A stretch of 64,000 bases of DNA, taken from positions 32,001 through 96,000 of the forward strand of contig CBDEFO010000008.1 in assembly GCA_965237525.1 (NCBI GenBank). Direction: 5' to 3'. A program made the translations under genes and the position numbers. The DNA is from Candidatus Latescibacterota bacterium. Lineage in GTDB: Bacteria; Latescibacterota; CBDEFO01. The notes below the pieces were generated by a model. The model did no database searches. It was given only the letters and a program-made list of their open reading frames with translations, and was not told the DNA's origin. The first letter of the stretch is position 1; every line of letters begins with the position of its first letter. Positions 61,610-64,000 of the stretch are shown piece by piece.

Positions 61610-61766
61610 AGGGCGATGACCTCTCCCAGAAGAGGGGCGGTTAGAGTGGATCAATTCTTCACTCAGAGAATATATGAAAGCTGCAATCCGAAGTCAACTG
61701 CAAAAGGGAATAGCCTTGCAGAATCTTGAAGCCCTCACAAATCTGGGATGCATCGCCTTTTTAAAG

Positions 61767-61795
61767 TTGACTTTCCTGTATATCTATCGTATATT
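61767..61795 (+). promoter_or_regulatory. Probable sigma70 promoter for tilS-ftsH
   Basis: TTGACT-N17-TATATT. Confidence 0.6.
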
Positions 61796-61894
61796 CAATG
61801 GTAAGGATGCTATTTGATAAAGTGTGGGGGTTGAATTGGCAATTCTACTATTATGGCTTTAGCAGGGCCGCTGTTTGTCTGAGGTGCAAGACAG

Positions 61895-63295
61895 ATGGAA
61901 CTCACAGATAGGGTTCAGGCGTTTATACTCAGGCATAATATGATATTGCCCAAAGAGAAGGTTCTGGTGGCACTATCAGGTGGACCCGATTCTGTGGCTC
62001 TTCTGGACGTACTCTACCGTCTGAAGACGGATCTGGACATAGAACTCCACGCGGCTCATCTGAATCACAGCCTGAGGGGCGCCGAATCAGATGAGGATGC
62101 ACGCTTTGCAGAAGAGCTTGCACAGAGCATGGGGATAGGATGCGCAGTCGGAATAGAGGATGTCAAATCCTTTGTGAAAAGGACAAAAGTCTCTACCGAG
62201 AACGGGGCAAGGATTCTCAGGTACCGCTTCTTGCAGAGAGCAGCAGAGGATGTCGGGGCCTCAAAGATCGCCACAGGTCATAACCTCAACGATCAGGCAG
62301 AGACGGTACTGCTGCGTCTCTTAAGAGGGACAGGAGCCCGGGGATTAGGAGGGATACGGCCGATGAGGCAAAGCTCCATCATCAGGCCGCTATTGAGCGT
62401 GGAAAGATACCAGATAAAACGCTATCTATCAGAGCGCGGCTTGTCCTTTCGTGAGGATTCGTCAAATTCGGATACCAACTTTGCCAGAAATAAGATCAGA
62501 AACGAGTTAATTCCCCTTTTGGAGGAGGACTATAGCCGGAATATCTTGAAGATCCTTGACAGGACAGGCCACATCCTTCAAGATGAAGATGATTTTCTGG
62601 ATGACGTCTCACAAAAGGTGTTTGAGGATGTGGTAGAAAATGAATCAAAAGGCAAGATCTTCCTCAACCTGGCGCGCCTTTTGGACTACCACGTGGCGGT
62701 ACAACGACGCATCATAAGGATATGCCTGGAGCGGCTCTTTGAAGGAGAAGTAGGATCGGACTTTGAATCCGTGGAAGCTGTTCTCCTGGTTGCAGAAGGC
62801 AAAAAGGGGAAAGTCGATCTTCCAAAAGGAATCGGGGTACAAAGATCGGGGGGACTGCTGATCCTTAAGAGAGGGGCGATCCCGCCCTTTAGAACCAGGG
62901 TGAACCTCCCTGGACAGACCTCTATCGCCGAGTTGGGTGCGACTCTTCGAACTCGCATTGTCCCCTTCGCCGGGCAAGTCCAGATGTACAAATATTCCGA
63001 TTCCTACAGGGCGGCGTTTGATGTGAATTCAGTGGGGAATTGCTTGGAGATCAGGAGCCCGCTTCCAGAAGATACGATGCGTCCCTTCGGGATGCACGGT
63101 CACAAAAAGATCAAGAACCTTTTGATAGATGAGAAGATCCCCCGTGTTTTGAGGGACGAAGTCCCGATCCTGTCGGACGAAAATGGTATCTTATGGGTCG
63201 TAGGCGTGAAGATAGATGAAACCAGACGTGTGAGTCCACAGACACAGAAAGTCTTGGAAGCTGAGTTTCAAAGCCCCTCATGTTTTGAAGCTTGA
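61895..63295 (+). CDS. tilS: tRNA(Ile)-lysidine synthetase
   Basis: SGGPDS, HLNHSLRG, GHNLNDQAET, RPLL, EDSSN and RNKIR motifs. Confidence 0.97.
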   Translation: MELTDRVQAFILRHNMILPKEKVLVALSGGPDSVALLDVLYRLKTDLDIELHAAHLNHSLRGAESDEDARFAEELAQSMGIGCAVGIEDVKSFVKRTKVSTENGARILRYRFLQRAAEDVGASKIATGHNLNDQAETVLLRLLRGTGARGLGGIRPMRQSSIIRPLLSVERYQIKRYLSERGLSFREDSSNSDTNFARNKIRNELIPLLEEDYSRNILKILDRTGHILQDEDDFLDDVSQKVFEDVVENESKGKIFLNLARLLDYHVAVQRRIIRICLERLFEGEVGSDFESVEAVLLVAEGKKGKVDLPKGIGVQRSGGLLILKRGAIPPFRTRVNLPGQTSIAELGATLRTRIVPFAGQVQMYKYSDSYRAAFDVNSVGNCLEIRSPLPEDTMRPFGMHGHKKIKNLLIDEKIPRVLRDEVPILSDENGILWVVGVKIDETRRVSPQTQKVLEAEFQSPSCFEA

Positions 63296-63314
63296 GCGCA
63301 GGAGAATATAGCTT

Positions 63315-64000
63315 ATGAATCGGCCGGATAGTGAGGATAAAAATAAAAAGGACAAAAGGCGAAGATTACTGGTGCCGCGTATACCCCGGCGTGGAAAGCG
63401 TCAGGACGAAAACAAACCAAGTGAGGGGAGATTTCAGCAGGCGCTAAACGAAAAATCGCGGAAGTCCGGAGATCAGCAGGTTCCCCCTCCAAAATGGAGA
63501 AAGTTGTCCAAGACGTTCCTGTTCTGGATGCTCATCGTGATGATATTCATAGCGGTAACGAAGTTCTTTGACAGCGATCCGCAGCAGTTCGAGATAGACT
63601 ACAGCGAATACAAGGAACTGCTACTGTCAGGAATGATCGCTGAACTCACCATAATAGATGCAGAATTACACGGGGTGCTTAAGGAAGATTACGAACCCAC
63701 GGAGAGTTACGAACCTGGGGTAGAGGAGATAAAGAGACACTATGAAAACCGTTTTGTGGTGAATATAGGCATCGTGGATTCGGATACTATTAAGGAGTGG
63801 GTAAAATGGGGCGTCGTTATAAAGTTTGAGGAGAAGTCCTCAAACTGGTTGGGAGTTGTGCTTCAGATATTCCCGTGGTTTATATTCTTCGGCGTGTGGC
63901 TCTTCCTTTTAAGGCAGATGCAGGGGGGGCCAAAGGGATTGTTTTCGTTCGGAAAGAGCAAAGCAAAGCTCGTAGCTGAAGACAAACCCAAGGTGACGTT
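63315..64000 (+). CDS. ftsH: ATP-dependent zinc metalloprotease FtsH, 5' part (runs off the window)
   Basis: Two TM segments, then RQMQGGPKGLFSFGKSKAK...KVT; directly downstream of tilS. Confidence 0.93.
   Translation, partial: MNRPDSEDKNKKDKRRRLLVPRIPRRGKRQDENKPSEGRFQQALNEKSRKSGDQQVPPPKWRKLSKTFLFWMLIVMIFIAVTKFFDSDPQQFEIDYSEYKELLLSGMIAELTIIDAELHGVLKEDYEPTESYEPGVEEIKRHYENRFVVNIGIVDSDTIKEWVKWGVVIKFEEKSSNWLGVVLQIFPWFIFFGVWLFLLRQMQGGPKGLFSFGKSKAKLVAEDKPKVT

Overview
Bacterial chromosome segment. The gene content (DUF6785-type membrane proteins, PhyH dioxygenases, BNR sialidases, CRTAC1/ASPIC, Gfo/Idh/MocA) suggests a Latescibacterota/Poribacteria-like organism; that is an inference. About 0-39.5 kb is an accessory catabolic region with many pseudogenes and IS elements, bracketed by two oppositely oriented tandem pairs of ~660-aa membrane-protein paralogues. 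About 40-64 kb is more housekeeping-like: corrinoid protein, SDR, tRNA-Glu, AAA-ATPase/DUF3226 pair, tilS and the 5' part of ftsH. The most unusual signal is a 19-nt hairpin micro-element (CCCGATTGAWTCTATCGGG) at seven loci. Each has TC^GA at its outer junction with no target duplication. An empty site is visible in the window, two genes are knocked out by it, and one copy is nested inside another. Other hidden structure: an internally deleted derivative of an unclassified TTAA-targeting IS, a solitary integron attC cassette, a phage replication-gene remnant with 22-bp iteron-like repeats, an in-frame ADH::BKACE deletion chimera, and a shared promoter/operator motif. All calls come from reading the sequence and recognising motifs; no database searches were run.
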